From NCBI GenBank assembly GCA_963849325.1, contig CAWKHF010000001.1, positions 320,001-384,000 on the forward strand: a DNA stretch of 64,000 nt, written 5' to 3'. How positions within the stretch are numbered: the stretch's first letter is position 1; every line of letters starts with the position of its first letter. A program made the translations under genes and the position numbers. Under the pieces are notes generated by a model. That model was not told the DNA's origin. It was given only the letters and a program-made list of their open reading frames with translations, and did no database searches. Positions 9,232 through 27,612 of this stretch are shown here, in pieces. This DNA is from an uncultured Planctomycetota bacterium. Its GTDB lineage: Bacteria > Planctomycetota > Planctomycetia > Gemmatales > Gemmataceae.

Positions 9232-10640
9232 ATGGCCGTGGCCGTCAAGAACACGCCGGAAGTCGCCTCGGGGAGCCTGCTCGACCGCATGGCGGTGGCC
9301 AGCCTCGCCGGGACGGCGTACGCGCTGGGCACGCTCGGGATCGTCTTCTACCTGGTGCCGTCCCTGTGGCAGTCGCTGGGCTGGGAAGGCATCGTCTCCG
9401 TCACCGTGCGCGGCCTGCTCCAGCTGGCCGTGCTCGGCGGGTTGATCGTCTTCGGCGTCCGCCTGCTGGGACCGAAGGCGCTGCCCGGCGTTCGCGCCGG
9501 CATCTTCATCGGCCTCGCCGGTTTTCTGACCATGCTGCTGCTGACGCGCTGGGCCAGCCTGTGGATCGAATACGGCAGCTTCCAGCGCGGCCTGTACGGG
9601 CCTTCGGTCGGCGCCATCCTCACGGCCGTCGTCGGCGTGGCCCTGCTGGTGCTGGGCATCCGTCTGTTTCTGCGGCCGGCAACCGAGAAATCTCTGGTGC
9701 GGCTGGAGGACCAGGGCTGGTTCACGCCTCGGCCTACAAGGCGCTGCAAGGGCTGCGCGTCCGCCGCGGCACGATCTTCGGCATTCTCCTTCTGGTGGGC
9801 GCCGGCATCTGGACCCTGCTGATGCACAACACGCTCCGCAAGGGCCCGCCCGACTGGCAGCTCAACATCCCCTTCACCGGCCGCGTCACCGTCTACAACA
9901 CCGGCGACGTGGGGGCGGAGTTGGAGAAGCGCTACCCCGGTAAGGATTACTTCGACCCGGCCTACTTCGTGAAGGTCGGCGAGCCGAACGACGCCGATCT
10001 CCAGGCCGGAGACGTTGTCTCGCGGGCCGAGTTCGAGAAGACGGTCAAGGCGCTGCGAGCGGAGAACAAGACGCCGCCGACGGAAGCCAAACCCGACCTG
10101 CTCGTCGTCGATCAATACACCTTGAAGGAAATCAACCAGACCATCGACCCGGCCACGCACGTGAAGATTTTCCAGCCGGGCGCCTCGGATTTCCAGACCA
10201 ACCAGATCGTGGACACCGCCACGTTCAACGAGGCCAAGCGCGAGTTCAAGGACGACCCGCCGATCGCGGTGGCGCCGCAGCCGGCCAGCGGGCCGACCAC
10301 GTTGCGCGCCCTGACGCTGCTGCCGGCGATGCAGTTCAGCGTGCCGCTGCTGCTGTTGGCCCTGTCGCTGTGGCTGGCCTGGCGCGTGGTCAACATGCCG
10401 GCCTTCGCCGACTTCCTCATCGCCACCGAAGCCGAGATGAACAAGGTATCGTGGACCACGCAGCGACGGCTGGTGCAGGACACCATCGTCGTGCTGGTCA
10501 CGGTGGTGCTGATGGCCTTCTACCTGTTCAGCATGGACATGGTTTGGAAGCACGTGCTGAGTTGGAAGCCGATCGGGGTGCTGGTGATCCCCGAGGAGAC
10601 GCCGGAAACGAATGCCAACGTGGAAAACCGACCGTGGTGA
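9232..10640 (+). CDS. secE: Preprotein translocase SecE, greatly extended (~470 aa; apparent frameshift near 9730)
   Basis: C-terminal FADFLIATEAEMNKVSWTT...TIVVLV SecE core; lies between tRNA-Trp and nusG. Confidence 0.85.
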
Positions 10641-10679
10641 CGCCCGCCACGAAGCGATCGCCGACCAAGAGTCCGCGCC

Positions 10680-11471
10680 ATGCCAGAAAACGTCTTACCC
10701 CCTGATGCCGCTGCCGCGTTGACGCCGTCGGCGCCGCCGGAGTTGGCCCCCGAGGAACCCACGCCGCCGCCGGCCCCTCCTCCCACGGAGGAGCTGCCGG
10801 AAGCGACGGCCCCCGCCGAACCCGTTTCCGAGGCGCCCGTCGCCGAGGAACCGTCATCGGCCGACGAGGAGACGCAAGCTCCCGCCGAGCCGGAAGCGCC
10901 GCCGGCACCTCCGCCGAGCAACAAACACTGGTACGTCGTCAAGGTGCAGAGCGGCCGCGAGGAGTCGATCAAGGAAGCCATCGAACGCCGCGTCAAGATC
11001 GAGGGGCTCGAAGAGTATTACGGCCAGATCGTCATCCCGGTCGAGCGCGTCACCGAGATGCGCAACGGCAAGCGCGTCCAGAAGGAGCGCAAGCTGTATC
11101 CGGGCTATTTGATGGTCGAGGTGGAATACAACGACCGAATTCTCTATCTATTTCGAGAGACCTCCGGCGTCGGCGATTTCGTCGGCGGCTCGGTCAATCG
11201 AGCGCCGCCGCCGATGTCGGAACGCGAAATCGAGCGGATGCTGCACGGGCAGCAGAAGGGCGGCGAAAAGGCCGAGGAAGGCAAGGTCGTTTACACCAAG
11301 CCGCGCTTCGGCATCGGCGACCGCGTCAAGGTCACCGACGGCACCTTCGCCGGCATGGAAGGCGAGGTCAAGGAGTTGCACGAGCAGAAAGGCAGCGTGA
11401 GCGTGGAGCTGACGATCTTCGGCCGGCCCGTGCAGGTCGAGTTTGAATACTGGCAGGTGGAGCAAGCGTAA
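10680..11471 (+). CDS. nusG: Transcription termination/antitermination factor NusG with Pro/Glu/Ala-rich N-terminal extension
   Basis: WYVVKVQSGREE, KLYPGYL, KOW motif GDRVKVTDGTFAG, IFGRPVQVE. Confidence 0.95.
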   Translation: MPENVLPPDAAAALTPSAPPELAPEEPTPPPAPPPTEELPEATAPAEPVSEAPVAEEPSSADEETQAPAEPEAPPAPPPSNKHWYVVKVQSGREESIKEAIERRVKIEGLEEYYGQIVIPVERVTEMRNGKRVQKERKLYPGYLMVEVEYNDRILYLFRETSGVGDFVGGSVNRAPPPMSEREIERMLHGQQKGGEKAEEGKVVYTKPRFGIGDRVKVTDGTFAGMEGEVKELHEQKGSVSVELTIFGRPVQVEFEYWQVEQA

Positions 11472-11474
11472 CGG

Positions 11475-11562
11475 AGGGGTCAGGGGTCAGGGGTCAGGGG
11501 TCAGTAAAGACAAGTGATACGCATTTGTTTACTGACCCCTGACCCCTGACCCCTGACCCCTG
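11475..11562. repeat. Heptamer-array hairpin (AGGGGTC)4 ... (GACCCCT)4
   Basis: Tandem 7-mers in inverted orientation between nusG and rplK. Confidence 0.9.
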
Positions 11563-11578
11563 CTAGAAAGGTTGCAGC

Positions 11579-12043
11579 ATGGCGCGACAGGTAACCGCGC
11601 AGATCAAGTTGCAGGTGCCCGGCGGCTCGGCGACGCCCGCGCCGCCGGTCGGCCCCGCACTGGGTCAGCACGGCGTCAACATCGGGCAGTTCGTGTCGCA
11701 GTTCAACGACCGCACCAAGGAGATGCGCGGCATCACCCTGCCCGTGGTGATCACCGTCTACTCCGACCGCAGCTTCGACTTCATCATCAAGAGCCCGCCG
11801 GCGGCGGTGCTGCTCAAGCAGGCGGCCGGCATCCCGCTGGAGAAGAAGAAGGGCGGCGAGGTCATCAACGCCGAGGAGAAGACCAAGGCCAGCGGCAAGT
11901 ACAAGGGCTTCAAGGTGTCGCCCGCCCAGGTGCGCGAAATCGCCAAGAAGAAATTGCAAGACCTCAACGCCCGCGACGTGGACCACGCCATGCGCATCAT
12001 CGAGGGCACGGCCCGCAGCCTGGGCCTGGCCGTCGAGGGGTGA
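11579..12043 (+). CDS. rplK: 50S ribosomal protein L11
   Basis: [37 protein letters not shown]. Confidence 0.97.
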   Translation: MARQVTAQIKLQVPGGSATPAPPVGPALGQHGVNIGQFVSQFNDRTKEMRGITLPVVITVYSDRSFDFIIKSPPAAVLLKQAAGIPLEKKKGGEVINAEEKTKASGKYKGFKVSPAQVREIAKKKLQDLNARDVDHAMRIIEGTARSLGLAVEG

Positions 12044-12050
12044 GTAACGA

Positions 12051-12095
12051 TTGCCGCTTGCGGCTTAACGGACAGCGCGAAGTCGCAAGCGGCAA
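12051..12095. repeat. Palindrome, family D (GCCGCTTGCGGCTT...AAGCCGCAAGCGGC)
   Basis: Related copy at 32772..32812; half-copy at 8761. Confidence 0.65.
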
Positions 12096-12209
12096 TTCGT
12101 GTGACGAATCGTTTGGCGAAACACACAAGGATCACCGGCCCGGAATGGACAAAGCCATCCCGGCGGGTGAACCTTTGTTGCTTCGTAGCGTCTAACGAGT
12201 AACACCATC

Positions 12210-13132
12210 ATGGCGAAGAAACCAGCCGAACGCCCGCCGAACCGACGACGGCAGCGGCCGAACCAGCCGCGACGCCCGCCGCCGCGGAGACCAAGAAACC
12301 TCGGGCGCCGCGGACGAAGGAAGCCAAGAGCGCGGCGGCGCCGCGCCGGCTGCCGAGGCGGCCCCCGCCGCCGCGCCGGCGGCCTGCGCCGGCCAGCGCC
12401 AAGAAGAAGGGCCAGCAGCCCGGCCATCCGCCGCGCCGCGGCAAGAAGCTGCGCAACAAGCTCAAGAACGATCAGCAGAAGATCGCCAAGGACGGCCCCG
12501 CTCCGCTCAAGCAGGCCATCGCCCTGCTCAAGCAGATCAAGCGGGCCAAGTTCGACGAGACCGTCGAGATCCACATGTCGCTCGGCATCGACACGACGCA
12601 GAGCGATCAGATGATCCGCGGCAGCGTGCCGCTGCCGCACGGCGTCGGCAAGTCGGTGCGCGTCGCTGGTCTTCTGCCAGGGCGACAACGTCGCCAAGGC
12701 CAAGGAGGCCGGCGCCGACTACGCCGGCAGCGACGAGCTCATCAAGAAGATCCAGGGCGAGGGCTGGCTCGATTTCGACGTGGCCCTGGCCACGCAGGAC
12801 ATGATGGGCCAGGTCAGCCGCCTCGGCAAGGTGCTCGGCCCGCGCGGCCTGATGCCGACGCCCAAGGCCGGCACGGTCATCACGGCCGGCACGACGTGGC
12901 CGCCGTCGTCCGCGAGTTCAAGGCCGGCAAGGTCGAGTACCGCTCCGACAAGGGCGGCAACGTCCACGCCGGCGTCGGCAAGATGAGCTTCGACGACGAC
13001 AAGCTGGCCGCCAACATCACCGCCTTCGTCGAGCAGGTCCGCGCCGCCAAGCCGACCGGCGTCAAGGGCCACTACGTCAAGTCGATCACCCTGGCGGCCA
13101 CCATGACCCCGGGCATCCCGGTCACCATGTGA
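12210..13132 (+). CDS. rplA: 50S ribosomal protein L1 with Ala/Pro/Lys-rich N-terminal extension (several apparent frameshifts)
   Basis: [51 protein letters not shown]. Confidence 0.93.
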
Positions 13133-13197
13133 CCCTCGCCGAGCCGCGACCGTCAGGGCGCGGGGCACTCGGCGGGACGACTACGGACTATGGACTT

Positions 13198-13774
13198 ATG
13201 AGCAAAGTCATCAAGCAGATGGAAATGGACGCCCTGCGGCAGCACCTTCGAGGGCGTCCGCGACCTGGTGGTGCTGAGCATCAAGGGCCTGAACTGCCAG
13301 CTCGACGACACGCTGCGCGCGACGCTGCGCAAGAAGAACATCCGCCTGCAAGGTGGTCAAGAACAGCCTGACGCGGCGGGTCTTCGACGAGCATCGGCAT
13401 CCACATCGACGCCGATTCGCCGTACTGGAAAGGGCCGACCACGGTGGCCTGGGGCGCCAACAGCATCGCCGAGCTGAGCCGGGCCATCGACGAGCGAGTT
13501 GAAGAAGTCCAAGACTGCCCCACAGTACAAGGACAAGGTCGCCGTCAAGGGCGCCATCGCCGACGGCCAGCTCGTCAGCTTCGAGCTGGCCCTGAAGATG
13601 CCGACCCGCGAGGAGGCCATCGGCCAGATCCTCGGCGCTATCCTCGGGCCGGGTTCGGCGATCGCCGGCTGCTTGACCGGGCCGATCGCGCAGGTGGCCA
13701 GCCAGATTCAGACGATCAGCGAAAAGAAGGAAGAAGCGGCCGCGGAGGCCGCCCCCGCCCCCGCGGCGGGATGA
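13198..13774 (+). CDS. rplJ: 50S ribosomal protein L10 (apparent frameshifts)
   Basis: MSKVIK, LRATLR..VVKN.L, LKMPTREE; lies between rplA and rplL. Confidence 0.88.
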
Positions 13775-13782
13775 AAATGTTC

Positions 13783-13847
13783 GTTTAGCCGCGACGCGCA
13801 GCGGAGCGCGCGACTCTCCCGCGCTCCGCTGCGCGTCGCGGCGAAAC
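13783..13847. repeat. REP-like palindrome, family B
   Basis: Between rplJ and rplL. Confidence 0.9.
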
Positions 13848-13924
13848 CGGATTGACCCACAGGCTATTACGCAAGCCGCTGCTCCGCTTCAAGCAGCAAC
13901 CGCATCAGGAAAGGACCAGACGCA

Positions 13925-14338
13925 ATGGCTGAAGGAAATGGGACCAGCTTCGCCGCCGACATCACGGAGCTGGGCGACAAGATCGCGGCCTTGACCATCA
14001 CCAAGGCCGTCCAGCTCAAAGACTACCTCAAGGAGAAGTACAAGATCGAACCGGCCGCCGGCGGCGTCGTCATGGCCGGTCCCGCCGGTCGCCGCCGGCC
14101 CGGCCGAGAAGCCGCCCGAGCAGACCGAGTTCACGGTCGTCCTCGAAGGACTGGCCGACCCGGCCAAGAAGATCAACGTCATCAAGGTCGTCCGCGAGAT
14201 CACCAACCTCGGCCTCAAGGAGGCCAAGGAGCTGGTCGAGGGCGCCCCAAGCCGGTCAAGGAGAACATCGCCAAGGACGAGGCCAACACCATCAAGAAGA
14301 AACTGGAGGAAGGCGGCGCCAAGGTGAGCTTGAAGTAA
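13925..14338 (+). CDS. rplL: 50S ribosomal protein L7/L12 (apparent frameshifts)
   Basis: [38 protein letters not shown]. Confidence 0.93.
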   Translation: MAEGNGTSFAADITELGDKIAALTITKAVQLKDYLKEKYKIEPAAGGVVMAGPAGRRRPGREAARADRVHGRPRRTGRPGQEDQRHQGRPRDHQPRPQGGQGAGRGRPKPVKENIAKDEANTIKKKLEEGGAKVSLK

Positions 14339-14924
14339 AAATTTTCCGGATCGAAACGACCTGCCGTGTCCAGCGAAAAGCCGGTAAAAACAGGCGAAAA
14401 ATGGGAGGCGCGACCGTCGAGACGGACGCCCCACCCACCTGGGGCCGGTTTTTCCCTTTGCATTTATCGTGCCTTTGTGTTGAAATAGACAGGCTTGCTC
14501 TCCGTATCCTGGAGTTGAGGCGTGGCGACGATCGCTCGGCGGTAGCTCGGATGTCCCGCCGGGCGCGTACGGAAACTGGAATACAGCGTGCCACCAGTCA
14601 GCCTTTCCCCTCGCCCCCGGGTGTTCACGGGCCAGGCCATGTGCCTGGCTATGTTCGCGCGCCATCCGGGTAACGACAGGAGTATCATCAGGAACAGACC
14701 CGTTGGAGGCCCCGCTCCGCGGCGGCAAACAGGGCCGTTCGCCGCCGACCTTCTCGCGGCGCCTCCACCATCGACTCCGGCATCCTGGAACGACCATCCG
14801 CAGACCATCCGACGGCCGGACGCCGAGCCGGCCCGGTGACTCGACGCGGCCCCAAGCGATAGCACCGTGCCCCAGCGGCTCGCGCCTGTCCGTATCCGTT
14901 AGCCTTTTGGGAGGAGCACCCCTT

Positions 14925-18632
<3,708 letters not shown>

Positions 18633-18633
18633 C

Positions 18634-18712
18634 AGTGGTTAATGGCTAGTGGTTAGTGGTTAGTGAAGAAAGCGATCTTCACTAACCACTAACCACTAGC
18701 CACTAACCACTA
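18634..18712. repeat. Heptamer-array hairpin (AGTGGTT)n ... (AACCACT)n
   Basis: Inverted tandem 7-mers with inner arms AGTGAAGA/TCTTCACT between rpoB and rpoC. Confidence 0.9.
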
Positions 18713-18731
18713 TATTGGGGGAGGGCGGACC

Positions 18732-23115
<4,384 letters not shown>

Positions 23116-23116
<1 letters not shown>

Positions 23117-23189
23117 GTTGTCAGTTGTCAGTGAAGACAGCCCGGTGTACGGTCTTCACTGACAACTGACAACTGACAACTGACAACTG
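23116..23189. repeat. Heptamer-array hairpin (AGTTGTC)n ... (GACAACT)n
   Basis: Same inner arms AGTGAAGAC/GTCTTCACT, starting at the rpoC stop. Confidence 0.9.
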
Positions 23190-23206
23190 CGGACGACAAC
23201 TGAGTC

Positions 23207-23235
23207 TTGACCGATGGCCCGGTTGATACTACCGT
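23207..23235 (+). promoter_or_regulatory. Putative sigma70 promoter of the str operon
   Basis: TTGACC-17 nt-TACCGT upstream of rpsL. Confidence 0.4.
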
Positions 23236-23287
23236 AATCTCTTTACGATTTCCTCGGACCTCCGACCTCATCAGGAAAAGGCCGACG

Positions 23288-23663
23288 ATGCCGACGATCA
23301 ACCAGTTAGTCCGCAAGCCGCGCGTGCAGCAGTATCGCCGGCCGAAGCATCCGGCCCTGCACGGCTGTCCGCAGAAAAAGGGCGTCTGCCTGCAGGTCAA
23401 GATCATGACGCCCAAGAAGCCCAACTCGGCGCCTGCGCAAGGTGGCCCGCGTCCGCCTGTCCAACGGCGTCGAGGTGACGGCCTACATTCCGGGCGAGGG
23501 CCACAACCTGCAGGAGCACTCCATCGTGCTGGTGCGCGGCGGCCGCGTCCGCGACCTGCCCGGCGTCCGCTACCACATCATCCGCGGCGTGCTCGACTCG
23601 CAGGGCGTCGCCGACCGCAAGCAGGCGCGCTCCAAGTACGGCGCCAAGCGCGAAGGCAAGTAA
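23288..23663 (+). CDS. rpsL: 30S ribosomal protein S12 (apparent frameshift near 23432)
   Basis: [33 protein letters not shown]. Confidence 0.97.
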
Positions 23664-23735
23664 GGGCGGCCGAGCCGACGACGGCTCGGAAGGAATGGCT
23701 CGCCCTTCATCCCTCATCCTTTCAATGAGGAGTGG

Positions 23736-23976
23736 ATGCACGTGATGATGGACCTGAAAGTGACCCTGGATTTTTCCTGTTGCGGCTGCGAGGAGTGTGT
23801 GACGGTGACGGTGCAATGCAAAGGGGAATACCCGGCGGGCGAAACGCTGCCCGCCGTCAACGTCCCTGCCCCGGCTGCGGCGCCATCAACCAGCTGTCTT
23901 TCGAACCTACGGCACGGTTCGGTCCGTGCGGCCGTGCGTCTGCTATCGGCCACTGCCCGAACCGTCGGTGAACTGA
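23736..23976 (+). CDS. Small Zn-ribbon-like hypothetical protein between rpsL and rpsG (reconstructed across two apparent frameshifts)
   Basis: GAGGAG RBS; FSCCGC...[16 protein letters not shown]...[12 protein letters not shown]. Confidence 0.55.
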
Positions 23977-24006
23977 GCGACCCGACTATCCGACCGAGAA
24001 TCCATC

Positions 24007-24483
24007 ATGGGCAAACGAACCGCCAGTAAAGAGACCCTCGAACAGAACGTCCGCTACACCGGCCACTCCGAATTGGCCATCAAGTTCATCAACTGCCTCA
24101 TGTGGCAGGGCAAGAAGGCCACCGCCATGCGCATCTTCTACGGCGCCCTGGACCAGATCAAGAAGCGCATGCCCGACGCCGACCCGATCGACGTGTTCAC
24201 CCAGGCGGTCGAGCACGTCAAGCCGAGCGTCGAGGTGCGCTCCAAGCGCGTCGGCGGCGCCACCTACCAGGTGCCGATGCAGGTCAACCGCAAACGGCAG
24301 CAGAGCCTGGCCATCCGCTGGATCATCGACGCCGCCCGCAACAAGTCGGGCCGGCCGATGTTCCTGCGCCTGGCCGACGAGCTGATGGCCGCCTACCGCC
24401 GCGAGGGCGAGGCCATGACCAAGCGCGAAAACACCATCAAGATGGCCGAGTCGAACAAGGCGTTCGCCCACTTCGCCTGGTAA
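24007..24483 (+). CDS. rpsG: 30S ribosomal protein S7
   Basis: [29 protein letters not shown]. Confidence 0.97.
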   Translation: MGKRTASKETLEQNVRYTGHSELAIKFINCLMWQGKKATAMRIFYGALDQIKKRMPDADPIDVFTQAVEHVKPSVEVRSKRVGGATYQVPMQVNRKRQQSLAIRWIIDAARNKSGRPMFLRLADELMAAYRREGEAMTKRENTIKMAESNKAFAHFAW

Positions 24484-24506
24484 CGGTCGGCGCAGTCATC
24501 GACTCT

Positions 24507-24572
24507 GTTTAGCCGCGACGCGCAGCAGAGACGCGGGAGACTCCCGCGCTCCGCTGCGCGTCGCGGTTAAAC
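24507..24572. repeat. REP-like palindrome, family B
   Basis: Between rpsG and fusA. Confidence 0.88.
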
Positions 24573-24595
24573 CTGCAACCGAAAGCCGACTGCCA

Positions 24596-26713
24596 ATGGC
24601 CGCTCCCAAGCTCGACCTGAGCCAGATCCGCAACCTCGGCATCATCGCCCACATCGACGCCGGCAAGACCACGACCACCGAGCACCTGCTCTACTACGCC
24701 GGCGCCACGCACCAGCTCGGCGGCGTGGACGAGGGCAACACCGACACCGACTACGACGAGGAGGAGCAGGAGCGCGGCATCACCATCTACAGCGCCTGCA
24801 TCCCCTTTCAGTGGCGCGACTGCACCATCAACCTCATCGACACGCCCGGCCACGTCGATTTCACCGCCGAGGTCGAACGCAGCCTGCGCGTCCTCGACGG
24901 CTGCGTCGTCGTCTTCGACGCCCAGAAAGGCGTCGAGGCCCAGTCCGAAACGGTGTGGCGGCAGGCCGACAAGTACCAGGTGCCGCGCCTGGTCTTCATC
25001 AACAAGATGGACGTGGTCGGCGCCAACTTCGCGCAACGCCCTGGAAGCGATCCGCCAGCGCCTGGCCGGCAACCCCGTCGCCGTCAACATCCCCATCGGC
25101 AGCGGCTCGGTCAAGGACAGCGCCACGCCGTTTGCGCGGCATCATCGACCTGATCGAGATGAAGGCCCTGTACTTCGACCCCGCCGACCAGGGCAAGACC
25201 TTCCGCGCCGAGCCGATCCCCGACAAGCTGCGGCCGCTGGCCCAGGAGTGGCGCGAGAAGCTGTTCGACGAGCTGACCGAGCACGACGAACAGGACCAGC
25301 TGACCAGCGCCTACCTCGAAGGCCAAGACATCCCGGCCGAGACGATCCGAGCCGTGCTGCGCGAGCAGACGCTGGCACGCGCTCATCCAGCCGGTGCTGT
25401 GCGGCTCGGGCCGCGAACACATCGGCATCCAGCCGCTGCTGGACGCGGTGACGTGGTACCTGCCCAGCCCGCTCGATCGGCCGCCGGTCATCGGCGTCAA
25501 CCCGAAGAAGAAGGACAAGGAAGAGAAGCGCAAGCCCGACCCGCAAGGAGCCGTTCTGCGGCCTGGTCTTCAAGATCGTCGCCGACGTCAAGGGCGAGCT
25601 GTACTATCGTGCGCATCTACTCCGGCACGCTGAAGGCCAACAGCCGGCCGTACAACCCCGGCCGCGACGGCAAGGAGATGGTCAGCAAGCTCTACCACAC
25701 CCAGGCCGACCCGCGAGCAGCGCACGGACGCTGCCCGAGGCGTATGCCGGCGACATCGTCGCCGTCATCGGCCTGAAGGAGTCGATCACCGGCGATACGC
25801 TGTGCGACATGCAGCACCCGATCCTGCTCGAACGCATCCAGTTCGCCGAGGCGGTCGTCAGCCGGTCCATCGAGCCGGAATCGTCGGCCGACAAGGACAA
25901 GCTGATCGACGGTGCTGAACATGCTGCGGAAGGAAGACCCGACCTTCACCTGGAACACGGACAAGGACACCGGCCAGACGCTGATGAACGGCATGGGCAT
26001 GCTGCACCTGGAGATCAAGCAGCACCGCATGGAGCGCGACTTCCGCCTGAAGGTGCGCGTCGGCAAGCCGCGCGTCAGCTTCCGCGAGACGATCCGCAAC
26101 GCCGATCACCGTGACGGGCGAGTGCATCAAGCACGCCGGCCAGGCCGGCCTGTTCGCCAAGCTGACGGTGGAGTTCGAGCCGTACCGCGGCGAGGAGTCG
26201 ATTGTCGTGGAATCGCGGTTGCCGCCGGACGCGCTGCCGCCGGTGTTCGTGGCGGCGGCCGAGCAGGGCGTCCGCGGCGCCCTCGACTCGGGCGAACTGG
26301 GCTTCCCGGTCATGAACGTCAAGGCGACGATTCGCGGCGGCGAGATGGACGAGCAGCTCTCCAACGAGACGGCTTTCCAGGCGGCCGGCGCCGACGCGGT
26401 CCACAAGGCGATGCGCGACAACATCGTGCTGCTGGAGCCGTGGATGAAGCTGGAGGTGACGGTGCCGGAGGAGTTCCTCGGCCCGGTGACGTCGGACCTC
26501 AACGCTCGCCGAGCCGAGATCAACAAGCTGGAGAACAAGAACGGCATCTGCCTGCTGGAGACGATCGTGCCGCTGGCGAAGATGTTCGACTACGCCGACA
26601 AGGTGCGCAGCCTGAGCCAGGGGCGGGCGTCGTCGTCGATGGAGCCGTACAAGTATCGGCCGGCACCGGATGAGGTGCTGCGAGCGCTGCTGCATCCCGA
26701 GGAGACGTATTGA
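24596..26713 (+). CDS. fusA: Elongation factor G, divergent str-operon copy (multiple apparent frameshifts)
   Basis: [46 protein letters not shown]. Confidence 0.92.
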
Positions 26714-26732
26714 AGCCCTGTTCCGTAGATAA

Positions 26733-26933
26733 TCAACCCGCCGTGCGTTCGCGGTAGCGTTCCAGTTCCTCGCGATGGATGCGGATGCGCAGGCCGCGCT
26801 GGACGTAGCGCAAATCGCCCTGGCGGATCAGGTCGAGGAGCTGCTTGCGGGACACGTCGAGGTAGTCGGCCGCCTGGGTGAGGGTCCACAGGTCGGGGTT
26901 GGCTTCAGGGAGAGAATCACGGAGATCACGCAT
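26733..26933 (-). CDS. Excisionase-family (HTH_17) DNA-binding protein
   Basis: WTLTQAADYLDVSRKQLLDLIRQGDL...RIRIHREELE. Confidence 0.75.
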   Translation of the reverse strand: MRDLRDSLPEANPDLWTLTQAADYLDVSRKQLLDLIRQGDLRYVQRGLRIRIHREELERYRERTAG

Positions 26934-26975
26934 CGTTGTTATCTCAGCGGCTGGGATGCCGAGCCTCCATCCAGG

Positions 26976-27425
26976 TCAATCCTCCTGCGGCACAACTTCC
27001 TCAAGCGACCACGGGCAAGCGGCTGGAAAGGCACCCGCCTCTACTCCCGCTTCCAGGGCAGCTTGCCGGACAGCACGATGGTAGGCTTTGGCCAGGCTCT
27101 CCCGTGCGTAGTTCTCCAGGGTGCGGCTTTCGAGTAAGTCCTGCAGTTGCTGACGCTGATGCAGGATCGTCGCCTGCCAAGAATTGGTCCGCTGCTGGGG
27201 CTGGTGTTCCCATTTGAGGAGGTGGGCCAGCAGGACCGTCAGCCGGTTCAAGACCTCCCGCCTATCGCGCCGCGCCATGTCCGTTAGGTACTCGCTGAGA
27301 TGTTCGGGATCGATCTCGTCGAAGCGCCGCTGGACGACAAGGCAGGCCGTCCACTCGAGCCAGGCCGTCTCATCCTGCTCGTACAAGGAAGGCGCGGCGG
27401 GTGTGGGTTGCTCAGTCATGGACAT
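26976..27425 (-). CDS. DUF29 family protein
   Basis: LYEQDETAW, LLAHLLKWEHQP, SWQATI, FPAACPWSLEEV; GGAGG RBS. Confidence 0.85.
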   Translation of the reverse strand: MSMTEQPTPAAPSLYEQDETAWLEWTACLVVQRRFDEIDPEHLSEYLTDMARRDRREVLNRLTVLLAHLLKWEHQPQQRTNSWQATILHQRQQLQDLLESRTLENYARESLAKAYHRAVRQAALEAGVEAGAFPAACPWSLEEVVPQED

Positions 27426-27612
27426 TTCCCCTCCTGCCGATGCGAGTTCGGTTTCGCGCCGCGACGAACATTTGTTAGCATATCTGCTGCGGAAAGCGTC
27501 GCATAGGTTGGCAGGATGCTCGACGAAGCGTCCTCGTGTCAAAGTCCTCCGTCCTCCTAAAATGACGGAGAAGCCGGCGTGTCTCCGCCAACAACACCGT
27601 GAGTCCTCCCCC

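Noticed and set aside
11475-11562. Heptamer arrays or REP copies as a CRISPR array
   Set aside because: No repeat-spacer periodicity with unique spacers and no cas genes
26733-26933. Prophage or ICE marked by the excisionase-like gene
   Set aside because: No integrase, att repeats or phage/conjugation genes nearby
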